From Octopus sinensis (Eukaryota), in contig NW_021829879.1 in NCBI RefSeq assembly GCF_006345805.1, positions 1-36,820 of the forward strand: 36,820 bases of DNA, written 5' to 3'. A program made the position numbers and the translations under genes. The notes under the pieces were generated by a model, which saw only the letters and a program-made list of their open reading frames with translations, was not told the origin of the DNA and ran no database searches. This document shows positions 25,147-35,792 of this stretch, piece after piece; positions within the stretch are counted from its first letter, which is position 1; each line of letters opens with the position of its first letter.

Positions 25147-25147
<1 letters not shown>
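24977..25147 (-). mobile_element. Probable Penelope-like terminal fragment between (TA)n tracts
   Basis: Pyrimidine-rich minus-strand segment with a central hammerhead fold; same layout as 36590-36790. Confidence 0.5.
25069..25104 (-). ncRNA. Minimal type I hammerhead-like motif, A6U core variant
   Basis: Minus strand: CTTT-CTGTGGA-A-GAGC-GTAG-GCTC-GAAAC-GTA-AAAG. Stem I CTTT/AAAG, perfect stem II with tetraloop, GUA triplet. Confidence 0.6.
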
Positions 25148-25185
<38 letters not shown>

Positions 25186-25412
25186 CGTATTGACACATAT
25201 ATTGTACATACATGTTTGTACACACACACACACACACCACACACAATATATATATATATATAATTTATAAAGCTCAGAGCTGCGTCCATGCTGAGGCACC
25301 GCCGTTTTGCGCTACACCGTTATTACTAGGAACCTCATCTAATATGTGGCACTTGATGAAGAATGGAGTTTGATATAGCTACCCTCATTTGTACCACTTG
25401 CCGTGAGGTAGG

Positions 25413-25449
<37 letters not shown>

Positions 25450-25450
<1 letters not shown>

Positions 25451-26010
25451 GACAAATATATGAATATAATATTTTCTTATAAATTTAGAAGCGATTTCCA
25501 AAATTTTTCTTGACTTTTGTGATCTTTTACATTTCATATTTTGGCTTTTATACTATTGTGGAAAAACTGCAAAAAAATAAAACAAAAGTTATATTTATGA
25601 AACACTTAAATATAAATAAAAAATTAATGGAAATAAAATACATACATAATAAAATGAAATTTAAAAAATAATAAATAAGCAAAAAAAGAAATTAAATATA
25701 AATACAAAAATGAAATGAAATATAAATAAAAGAAAATGAAATGAAAGTCAGAATGTTACAAGTGAAATAAAAATTAAAATAGAAATAATACAATAATAAC
25801 AAAATTAATAAAATGATATAAATATCAAAATTTTTGTCATGTCTTGCTTTTCTTTTTTAAATTATTATATTTTAAAATGAATCACTGACCAAATTTTGAA
25901 TTGCTATTAATTAAACTGGCCGAGATTTCTGATTATAAATAAATATTTTCATCAACCGTTATTATTTGTCATTTATTTATTTATTTATTTGCATATTCAT
26001 TTATTTGACG
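25450..26010. repeat. Extremely AT-rich low-complexity tract
   Basis: A-rich degenerate AAAT/AAATG runs. Confidence 0.7.
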
Positions 26011-26170
26011 GACAGCAGCAGGCAGTTTAGTGGAATGAGAACAGAATGACGACAGTCATTTGCTGCACATGTGTACTTCTTACACTTTAAAGGCGTTAAT
26101 AATTGTATTTGGTTGTTGCTATCTGTTCGGGCTTACGAATCGGTGTTATAATCATGTTGTGTAAACATTC

Positions 26171-26299
26171 TGTTGTGTGGACGCCCCCAGCCGATGAAAT
26201 AGTCTAGCCCAATACGTAGATGTATAGGGAGAAGTCTAGACGTCGACAGAGGTCAGAATCGAGTTGAGTGTAGAAGGCATCCGAACGAGCGACATAACA
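26171..26299 (+). repeat. 5' LTR of the TRIM
   Basis: TG...CA termini; differs from the 3' LTR by about 9 substitutions and two 2-nt indels (hand count). Confidence 0.95.
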
Positions 26300-26300
26300 G

Positions 26301-26349
26301 TGGCGACGAGGACGAGATTCGAACTCACGCGGGAATATCTCAATGGGTT
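26301..26349 (+). promoter_or_regulatory. Extended primer-binding site: antisense of the 3' 49 nt of mature tRNA-Ser(GCU)
   Basis: Reverse complement AACCCATTGAGATATTCCCGCGTGAGTTCGAATCTCGTCCTCGTCGCCA: CCA end, G73 discriminator, T-loop TTCGAAT, long variable arm. Colinear with recalled metazoan tRNA-Ser(GCT). Confidence 0.85.
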
Positions 26350-26549
26350 TATGGTATGATTTGTTCCAGGTCCCAGAACCGCAAGCAAAAGTGTTCGAGG
26401 ACCCAGAACCACAAGCAAAAGCAGAACCGACATGTAGGTCGAACAGGAAGAGAAAACCTACAGAAATGATGGAAATTAACGCTAAGAGAAAAGGATATGC
26501 CAGTTTCTCACTGAGGAAATAAAATTGATAAATTCGGGTTTAAAAACTC

Positions 26550-26561
26550 AAAAAGGGGAGG
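26550..26561 (+). promoter_or_regulatory. Polypurine tract of the TRIM
   Basis: AAAAAGGGGAGG immediately before TGTTGTG of the 3' LTR. Confidence 0.92.
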
Positions 26562-26690
26562 TGTTGTGTGGACGTCCCCAGACGATGAAATAAGCTAGCC
26601 CAATACGTAGATATATATTGGGAGAAGTCTAGACGTCGACAGAGGTCAGGGTCGAGTTGAGTAGAAGGCATCCGAACGTGCAACATAACA
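26562..26690 (+). repeat. 3' LTR of the TRIM
   Basis: Direct repeat of 26171-26299. Confidence 0.95.
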
Positions 26691-26767
26691 CATTCAAACA
26701 TCGTCGCTATCTTCGCAACTGCAGCCGCTTTGCATCATTGCGATCTTTGGTTTTCCAAAATCGTTCT

Positions 26768-26842
26768 CTTGTATAAGTCAACCTGCCAATTTTGGCAGTA
26801 AACTTTGGTCGCAAAAATTCGACTTGTATACGGTTCTTACTT
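26768..26842. mobile_element. Possible degraded pogo/Tc2-like terminal region
   Basis: Inverted pair GTATAAGTCAAC (26771) / TCGACTTGTATAC (26819), reminiscent of the TATAAGTCGAC subterminal motifs of pogo-like ends. No partner end was found. Confidence 0.3.
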
Positions 26843-27350
26843 CATGTATTAATTCCTCGGGCTTTGAACTCGGAATGCGAATTAAATGTAATATAACAAT
26901 GCAGGGTATTTTGCTTATAGCTCTACCTATTCTGCTAATCCACTGCCTAGAGTATATTTGCAATTTTGGTCCTTGATTTAGTTGCTAATCCGTAAATATT
27001 GGAAGGAAGTTAGTCAATGATGTTAACTCCAGATCCGGATAAGAATAGCATAATTTTTTTAAATCTGAAATTTTGTTTCTTTCGAGACATAAATATTGCA
27101 CATTTTATCTTTTATTTGTTTCAGATATTGGACTACGACAATGCTGGGCCACCGTCTGGAAGACTTTTTTTCTCGGACAAATCGACGCGAGTACTTTGTT
27201 TAATAATGTCTTGCAGTGTGAATGATCCTCAAACCACGTGATTGCAAGGAAGCTTCCTAATCGCACAGGCAATGAGTCTTACAAGACTCATGATATTACT
27301 TGGCACTTTATAAACTAGGGCACTTTATAAACTAGGGTACTGTTATAAAT

Positions 27351-27695
27351 TTCGGAGACCCACTTCGGTCACGAATAGCCATGACATTGCACCTGGACAG
27401 TTACCCCCTCACCAGGCACAAGTCCGGGCAAGGTTGTTTATGGAAGAACAGCAGTCGCCCAGGCATACCACTCTCCCCTCTCCACACCACTGATGTTATC
27501 CAAGGGAAAGGCAAAGGGGCCGATACAGCTTGGCACCAATGACGTCGCAAGTCATTTCTACAGCTGAGTGAACTGGAGCAACGTGAAATAAAGTGTCTTG
27601 CTCAAGAACACAACACACAGTCCGGTCCGGGATTCGAACTCACAACCTGACGATCGTACGTTCGACGCTCTAGCCACTGAGTCATGCGCCTTCAC
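27351..27695 (-). mobile_element. Full-length tRNA-derived SINE (GTGAAGGCG head, third tail type) with 12-bp TSD
   Basis: ACTGTTATAAAT at 27339-27350 and 27696-27707; head GTGAAGGCGCATGACTCAGTGGCTAGAGCG, B-box GAGTTCGAATCCC, core TTGAGCAAGACACT. Confidence 0.93.
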
Positions 27696-28164
27696 ACTGT
27701 TATAAATATTCTTCCATTTATTTATGTGATCTTCGTTAGCCTCTGGATCTTTCGTTGCACATCTGTGAGCCGCACAGATTCTTACTGCATCTGTGAAATT
27801 ACCAAATAAATATAAAAATACAAAAAAACATTGATTATTCTTAAGAGAATAATACGCAGAATAAACTCTAAGGAAATAAAATGCCAAACAACAAACAAAC
27901 ATATATCTCAATAAATAGTAAATAAATGTATAAATTAATGAAAATTAAACAGGAAAAACAGATTCTAACGATTTGCTGGTTATAATTCTCACATTTAAAT
28001 ATCATTTTCACAAATTTCACCATCCATACTACAATATTACTTGCCTAATTTAAAATATCAACCATTTATAATATAACGTATTACTTGCGAAATTAATGCA
28101 GCCTGACTTGGTGAATGCATTTAATTAACTCTGCTATGAAATTTGCTCACCTACGTATAAGTAG

Positions 28165-28207
28165 GTATGTATGTATGTATGTATATATATATATGTATAT
28201 ACATATA

Positions 28208-28262
<55 letters not shown>

Positions 28263-28269
28263 ATATATA

Positions 28270-28302
<33 letters not shown>

Positions 28303-28309
28303 GTATATA

Positions 28310-28373
<64 letters not shown>

Positions 28374-28414
28374 TATATGTATGTATGATGTATATATATA
28401 TATGTATATATATA

Positions 28415-28479
<65 letters not shown>

Positions 28480-28490
28480 TCATAATATAA
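28165..28490. repeat. Long (TA)n microsatellite
   Basis: Direct reading. Confidence 0.97.
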
Positions 28491-29487
28491 TTTAGTTAAA
28501 CATGATCTCATGATTATATTCTAACCGAACCAAGTTAAAATACCATCCCTGTTAGAAAGTCTCCCGCTAGAAAATATAATTTCTTTTAAGTAGTAAATAT
28601 GGCGGAGCAAGCTTATGTTACTAAATACTATATAAATATCAAATACTTCTGTATTAATAAGCCTCTCTTTCTACATGATTACTCTATTTACAAAAGGTCT
28701 AACAATCCAGCAATTCAATACCACGTGCTGTAATATTCACCGGCTAAATTTAGCTAAGTCATTTTATCCTTTAATTGCTGTCTCAACTAACCTAGCAAAT
28801 AAGATTAAGAATCAGACGGAGGATACACTTAAATATCAGAAACTTACAAGAAGATGGTTGGCTGGCTGGCCGGCCGGCCGGTTGGCTCTTCTTCCTTGTC
28901 ATAGTAGAATAATGTTCAGAATTCTTCAAAGTACAAATTTGACACCATTAGTAAATGTAATTTCTCTGATGTACATTCCTAATTCATTCTTCATTTCGAA
29001 TTGTACAGCGAGTGTTCATTGTGTATGTGTGGAAGTGTTTATAAGGGTATGTGTAAGTGCGATTATAGCTTTGTGTGTATGTCCGCGTGTTTATAGTTGT
29101 GTGTGGGATATTTTTGAGTGTAAGTGTAATGTGAGACAATTACAATACCTAACGAAATTGACAACTTTACAATACCAAGCATGTTCACATGGCAGCCATA
29201 TTATATTAGTGTAAGACGTGTCGAACACGATTCCAACCATGAAACGTATTTTCCTTATCATCCATTCATAGGTCTCTAATATAAAATCTAGTCAAACATT
29301 GGCCACAGATAATCAACAAAACCCTATTCTCTAAAATGCATCCTTTCGTACCATTATTACAAATCACTATCATAATCTTGGTGTCACCTAAGGTGGCGAG
29401 AAGACTAAATCGTTAGACCATCAGACAAATGTAATTTCTTCTGACACTGTATGTCGTAATTTCAAATCCTGCTGAGGTCAACTTTAC

Positions 29488-29830
29488 CTCACTTAAAAGG
29501 TCCTTGAATAAGGGTTGTTTAACGATAATGAATGAAACGCCCATATTTCCACAGGTAAATTATTCAAACCCCAAAGAATTCTTCTCAACAGATAGCTATC
29601 ATGATCCTCCGCTACTTCTGCTCATGATCAGAGATGCACATATCGTCAGCCACTAAGGGACATGGTCAACTGATTAAGGTCAAACAACTGACAAGCAAAT
29701 CTGTGTTATTGAGCAAAATATATACTGTAGCCCATCTTTTTTACCAAGACAAAACAATGTACATGATAACACTTCCAATCAGTTAAGATCAGAAGCCACG
29801 ATAGCCACTGTCTGGTACTGCATCAAGGCA
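29488..29830. mobile_element. Partial inverted copy of the 19012-19557 element
   Basis: GAATAAGGGTTGTTTAA...CAGAGATGCACATATCGTCAGCCACT...GGTACTGCATCA.GGCA is the reverse complement of 19012-19340. Confidence 0.88.
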
Positions 29831-29851
29831 TCTTTGTTATTGTTATTATTT

Positions 29852-30096
29852 CTTTGTATCACAGCTTTCGTTGGACTCCTGGACTCCTGAAGTCTTACTA
29901 CGGTACCATGCTATCCGTTTTTTTTCAGTTATCTAATACTTTCCTGTTTATTCTGGCTGTGACAAGGAGTCAAACCTATTGTAAGTTCTACTGAGCACTC
30001 TATTCCAATTTCTTTGATATTCCTTTTGATGTCTTCTGATACGGTCCCCAAGGACCCAACAATAATTAGCACTATCTTCACCTTCTTCATTTTCTA
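29852..30096 (-). mobile_element. R4/Dong-type LINE extreme 3' fragment (pseudogenised)
   Basis: Minus strand: MKKVKIVLIIVGSLGTVSEDIKRNIKEIGIECSVEL/(fs)Q*V*LLVTARINRKVLDN*, matching the IxGxLG...LQKxxLLGTARIxRxVL terminus of RLE LINEs. (TTA)n-like sequence on both sides. Confidence 0.75.
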
Positions 30097-30130
30097 TATA
30101 TTAAAATTATTATTATTATTATTATTTACT

Positions 30131-30350
30131 AAGGCGGCGAGCTGTCAGAATCGTTAGTACGCCGAGCAAAATGCTTACCGGCATTTCGTCCGGCTATATG
30201 TTCTGAGTTGAAATTCTGCCGAGGTCGACTTTGCTTTTCATCCTTTCGGGGTCGACAAAATACGTACTAATTAGGCATTGGGATCGATACAATCGACGTA
30301 CAGCACCAAACCCACCCTCCCATCAAATTTTAGGCCTTATAAGATAAGGG
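30131..30350 (+). mobile_element. SINE monomer (AAGGCGGCGAG family, tail b) following (TTA)n
   Basis: Head AAGGCGGCGAGCTGTCAGAATCGTTAGTACGCCG; body CATCCTTTCGGGGTCGAC. Confidence 0.88.
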
Positions 30351-30354
30351 ACTG

Positions 30355-30955
30355 TTATTACCATTTTCATATACACACAATAGATTAGACTGTTGGAAAA
30401 CAAAAATTCCTATCATCGGGCTTCAATAAGTAACCTGAGGTGCCAAGAACCCTCCAAAATATCCTAGCTGACCCGAATAACACAGTTCTCTGGAGCTGTA
30501 GTAGACTAGGTTTTACGCCTATTTCCTCAATCCATCTGTTCAAATCTTTAAGGGTTATGCACCTATAACTACTGGGATACATTTTACCTGCACTTTCCAT
30601 AATCTCTGTAATTCAATGGCTAGGTCTTGGTACTTTGCTATTTTTCTATACCTCTCATATTGATATTTTCCTCATTTGGATCTGTAAAGTCAATTGTCTG
30701 ATATTTTCTACTCTCTGTCTATTGCTACTATACCAGGCATTCTACCTTCTATTCCTTTGTCAGTCTAAATGTCAAAGTCCCACAACATCTTATATTTCTT
30801 ACTTTCTAGCACTTTCCTAAATCCATGTTCATACCATTTATCAGTATGGTCAAATCCTAGCTTTCTAAATAGCTCCCAGTGGATTACTCTCCCTAGGTTG
30901 TCATGTCTTTTCTTGTATTCTTTCTGTGCTAGCATGCTACATTCACTTCCTATAA
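30355..30955 (-). mobile_element. R4/Dong-type LINE 3' fragment: end of zinc knuckle plus restriction-like endonuclease (pseudogenised)
   Basis: Minus strand: ECSMLAQKEYKKRHDNLGRVIHWEL...KWYEH...LWDFDI*TD...RMPGIV...KYQDLAIELQRLWKV...IPVVIGA...LQRTVLFGSARIFWRVL, with stops and frameshifts. Confidence 0.9.
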
Positions 30956-31057
30956 ATCCTTAAATCCTTAAAAATGTTTTAGCCCGAAGGCCGCGGCCAT
31001 GCTGGGGCACCACCGCTACATGAGTAATCTCTACATTCACTTACTACGTGTGTAACA

Positions 31058-31430
31058 TTATCATTATATGAAAACTCTTCGCTTTATTTTGCTGAGTATG
31101 ATGGAAAGTGTCAGCTGTCCACAGCCAGCAGACCAAGGTGACACTTGTTTACTGGTCATGCTTCAAGAACTCTGCGAAGAATTCTTGCAGTTCCAGGCAA
31201 TACTGATTTTTGTAGGTGCTCTACCTTCACACTTGTACCAACCTTTTTCATCCATGTTGGTAGTTGAGTGCAGATACTTCCAAGTACACCAATCAAGATT
31301 GGTATCACGTCTGCTCTCTTCATTGACCACAACCTTCGTATTTCCCACTTTAAATCGTCAGAGCTGTTTATTTTTTCTTCTTGCACATTGATCCTGTTGT
31401 CACTGGGGCATGCTACGTCGATTATCATGC
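31058..31430 (-). mobile_element. R4/Dong-type LINE 3' fragment with an intact 90-aa RLE C-terminus
   Basis: ORF 31156-31428: IIDVACPSDNRI...DLKWEIRRLWSMKRADVIPILIGVLGSI...LQKSVLPGTARILRRVLEA; 3' UTR ends in degenerate TAA repeats. Confidence 0.9.
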
Positions 31431-31445
31431 ATTCTTCTTTTTCTT

Positions 31446-31535
<90 letters not shown>

Positions 31536-31619
31536 GTTATTATTATTATTATTTTTATTATTATTATTGTTATCAACATCATCATCATCATCATTGTCAC
31601 CATCCTCCTCATCCTCATC

Positions 31620-31678
<59 letters not shown>

Positions 31679-31751
31679 CATTATTATTATTATTATCATC
31701 ATCATCATCATCATTATCATCATCATCATCATCATCATCATCCTCATTATG

Positions 31752-31801
<50 letters not shown>

Positions 31802-31811
31802 CATTATTATT
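31431..31811. repeat. (TTC)n then (TTA)n/(TCA)n microsatellite
   Basis: Direct reading. Confidence 0.97.
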
Positions 31812-31985
31812 AAGGCGGTGAGCTGGCAGAATCGTTAGAGCCATTTCCCCCCTCATTTCGTTCTGAGTTCAAATATCGCTGAAGTCAACTTTACCTTTCA
31901 TCCTTTTGGGGATAAAATACGTACTAGTAGCGTACTAGAGTCAATGTAATCGACTTAACCACTCTCCCAAAATTCGAAACCATTA
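31812..31985 (+). mobile_element. SINE monomer (AAGGCGGCGAG family), internally deleted
   Basis: AAGGCGGTGAGCTGGCAGAATCGTTAG head directly after (TTA)n; TTCTGAGTTCAAAT; CCTTTCATCCTTTTGGGG. Confidence 0.85.
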
Positions 31986-32142
31986 TTATTGGATTAAGAA
32001 CATATACAGGGTGAAATATATTGAAGCCATAGTTACCAGCTTTTATACGCTTCCTAGACTAAGAAAAGGGTTTGATGTGAAGGAAGATCTAGCTGGGGTA
32101 AGTGATCACATAGTGGCCTCCTTATTGATAAATTTATGTGAA

Positions 32143-32170
32143 CTAGCGGGACCCGTGAGTATTTCACGGA
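32143..32170 (-). mobile_element. Helitron-like 3' terminus
   Basis: Minus strand: CCGTGA-AATAC-TCACGG hairpin, 6 nt, then CTAG followed by T. Confidence 0.5.
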
Positions 32171-32451
32171 ATTAATGGTAAACCTATTGAATTATTTCTG
32201 AAGACTTTATCTAAAACGCCTGAAAGCGTAGCCTCTGTTGTGTCTGTATGAAAAGATGGTCGCTCGTCCGCTGCTCATTTAAAAGTGACAAAAATTGGAA
32301 TACAATGATTACTTAATGCACTTTATATATGTACACTTTATATAGTTTATGCACAATTTTAATAGACTTAATGCACAGCACTCATAAATTTTAAAGAATT
32401 ACTCTTATTTTTCCATTTTTTACCTATAAAAACAAATATATATCCTGTACA

Positions 32452-32842
32452 TAGGCACAGAAGTGGCTGTGTGGTAAGAAGCTTGCTTCCCAACCACATG
32501 GTTCCGAGTCCAGTCTCGCTACGTGGCACCTTGGGCCAATATCTTCTACTATAACTTCGGGCCGACCAAAGCCTTGCGAGAGGATTTGCTAGATGGAAAC
32601 TGAAAGAAGCCGTTCGTATATATATACGTTTTTGTGTGTGTGTGTGTATGTGTGTGTCTCACAATCGCCTGACAAACGACGTCGGTAACTTTACGTCCCC
32701 GTAACCTAGCGATTCGGCAAAAGAGACCGATATATAGTACTAAGATTACAAAGAATAAGTCCCGAGGTCGATTTCTTCGACTAAAAGCGGTGCTCCAGCA
32801 TGGCCGCAGTTAAATGACTGAAACAAGTAAAAGAATAAAAGA
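32452..32842 (+). mobile_element. Full-length OK/Ceph-like SINE with internal (TA)/(GT) tract
   Basis: tRNA-like head, central CTTGGGC...TCTTCTACTATA...GACCAAAGCCTTG...GAAACTGAAAGAAGCC, tail GCGGTGCTCCAGCATGGCCGCAG...GACTGAAACAAGTAAAAGAATAAAAG. Confidence 0.88.
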
Positions 32843-33603
32843 CTGAAAGAATATGAAACAACCTTTTGTTAAATTGCATACATCTGCCACTTAAATAAAA
32901 CTTAGTTCAGTTTAAAATTATATACTTTTCACTAGCTAATCCCCACCACCACCACCATAATCATCATCATCATCTGTCTCTCATCCTCTCTCTTTCCCCT
33001 CTTACGTTCTCTCTCACGCCTCTCTCCCAGCCTTATTTTGACCTCACCATCAGAACATCACCCCTCCGCTAAAATTATATTTTTAACTCTCCTCCTCTAC
33101 CTTCAACTCTTCTAACCACGTAATAACTATTACGTTCCCCAACCTCACGTCATGGACGGTTCTCACTCCCTCTTTTTCTTTCTCCCTCTATCGGTCTTAC
33201 TCTTCGCTTTATTCTCATTTTCTGTCTCTTTTCTTTCTCCTCTTTTTTCCTCCAACTACTCACGTGAAAGCATTAAAATTACATTCCGTCCACCTTACAT
33301 TTTGGACGTTCCTCTCTCTCTCACTCTTTTCTCCTTCCCTCTTTTCTTCCACCGCCTTTTTCTCTAATCATGTAAAAGCTTTGCAGACGGGCTAAGTAAC
33401 TGAATGACAAGCAGTAGTTAATTAGTTAGATAGATAGATAGATAGATAGATAGACACACAGATGTATTTGTTGTGAACGAATGTGCAACCAATGCAGATT
33501 CCGTATTTCCTTCCATTGCCATATAAGAGTAAAACACAGATAAATATGACGAACGCTCTTCTAAGAAAACAAGGGATTGCTGCCGTCAAAAGTATATCTA
33601 TGC

Positions 33604-33640
<37 letters not shown>

Positions 33641-33645
<5 letters not shown>

Positions 33646-33852
33646 CTTTACTACCCACAAGGGGCTAAACACAGAGGGGACAAACAAGGACAGCCAAACG
33701 GATTAAGTCGATTACATCGACCCGAGTGCGTAACTGGTACTTAATTTAACGACCCCGAAAGGATGAAAGGCAAAGTCGACCTCGGCGGAATTTGACGAAA
33801 TACGGCTACGCATTTCGCCCGCGTGCTAACGCTTCTGCCAGCTCGCCGCCTT
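33641..33852 (-). mobile_element. SINE monomer (AAGGCGGCGAG family, tail a) between (TA)n tracts
   Basis: Head and tail a both present, ending ...GTAGTAAAGAAATA; shows the natural monomer end. Confidence 0.92.
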
Positions 33853-33857
33853 TATAC

Positions 33858-33902
<45 letters not shown>

Positions 33903-34004
33903 GATCTATATGACTGTATGTATGTATATTTATACATTTATACAATGTTGCACATCTATGTGGGTAGTAGCGTATGTATGTAGGTATTCATATCTGTATA
34001 TATA

Positions 34005-34080
<76 letters not shown>

Positions 34081-35312
34081 TGTAGTATGTACGTGTTTGC
34101 TTATCTGTATCCATGTGTTTATTTAATAATGAATAAATGATGGAAACCATCGATGCCCGTTTCGCAACTCGTTTGCTGTACTTCACATAAGATGCAGAAC
34201 AAAATCGATTGATCACGATCGATTAGTTACAATAATATAAATATTATTCTCAAATGACTCCCCTTCCTATGACGTACACACGAAACAAACGTCAGCCAGC
34301 GAGCGCACGCGCGTGCAAACACAAACGCACACTCACTCGCACACATGCACGCATGCACACCTTGTATATACCGCATGTATGTAAATTATGTTGAAAGTTT
34401 ATCTATAAAACAAGTGTTTCGAGTTGATGTATTCGGATACGGGATGTTTCTGTGTGTTTCTGTGTGTTTGTGTGTGTGTGCGTGCTTGTGTGTACAGACA
34501 TGCATATATAAATATAAATGCATATATATATATATATTATATATATACTATAATATATATATGAATAATATATATATGTATAATACATATGTGTGTCTGT
34601 GTGTGTGCGAGCGTGCGTGTGTGTGTTGTGTGTGTGTGTATTCTTGAGTATAGATTCAACAGCTTAAACATTTACTGAAAATTAACTACCATTGGACATG
34701 TTGTAACTAGAATCAGCGATACGCGCACGCACACCCACGAATATATGCATATATACATATACACATACATACGCACACACTCATATACTTACATATATAT
34801 GTGTGTGTATAGATACATATATATATATATATACACAACATATATATATATTGAGTAATTGTAACATATTATTTTATAGATAAATTTCATCTATTTACAT
34901 AATATTGAGGTCTCTTTCTTTCTTTTCTTATCTTACCGTTTTGACCAATATATATATATATGTATGTATGTATGTTGTATGTATGTATGTATGTATGTAT
35001 GTATGTATGTATGTATGTGTGTATGTTGTGTTGACCAGAATATCGGATGTTGTACACGGCTGGTCAAAATGTTCTTCTAGTTCGTTCTTGATTCCGCCCC
35101 TCCTTTCTACCTTGACCAAAATTGATTTATATAAATTCTCTTTCCATCGTCGCGAAAACCTACTGAATGGCGTTTTCCAGTCTTCAGGATATATATATAT
35201 ATATATAGGCAGCCACACACATATCTATACACATACATACATGCATACATATATGCATACATGCATACATATATGCATACATGCATACATACATACATAC
35301 GTATGTGCGTTT

Positions 35313-35510
35313 GTGATGCAGTACAACCGTTTCAAGCGGATCCAATTAATTGAACAATGCAATCATTACGTCCATTTAAATGCAATTAATGTGTCCAACT
35401 GGCTAAAATTCTATTTATTTTTTGTGCAGCTGATGATGGCACTGTATTTAAATTGATGTAATGATTGCCTTGTTCAATTAAATGAGCAGCTTGCGGTCGT
35501 ACTGCATCAC
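35313..35510. repeat. Imperfect inverted repeat (68/64-nt arms, 66-nt spacer)
   Basis: 35313-35380 is the reverse complement of 35447-35510 (TTTAAAT.GA.GTAATGATTGC.TTGTTCAATTAA...GCTTG...CGGT.GTACTGCATCAC). Confidence 0.88.
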
Positions 35511-35714
35511 TACCTGATATCGTGTTGCTTATTTTGATTTAAAATCATCCTACTTCGAGCTGTACCGATAATACCGGACTGACTTGGTGCTCCGACTTTA
35601 GTACCTAATTCAAATACACACCCAAACACACACACATACACCACACACACACACACACACCACACACACACATATATATATATATATAATATATATATAT
35701 ATATATTATAACTA

Positions 35715-35792
35715 CATACGACGGACTTCTTTCAGTTTCCGTCTTCCAAATCCACTTGCTCAAGCTTCTTTCCACACAGCTATTCCTGTGCC

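Larger units (their letters stand above)
26171..26690 (+). mobile_element. Complete miniature LTR retrotransposon (TRIM), 520 bp
   Basis: Two 129-bp direct LTRs with TGTTGTG...CATAACA ends, 5-bp TSD CATTC (26166-26170 / 26691-26695), PBS 1 nt after the 5' LTR, PPT abutting the 3' LTR, no RT or integrase core. Confidence 0.95.

Noticed and set aside
27302-27335. 17-bp tandem GGCACTTTATAAACTAG x2
   Set aside because: A simple local slippage duplication beside the SINE target site; no further structure.
28675-29214. 179-aa ORF, the longest outside pure microsatellite
   Set aside because: No recognisable domain; it runs through a GGCC/GGCT micro-repeat and a degenerate GT tract, so it is not supported as a CDS without homology or expression data.
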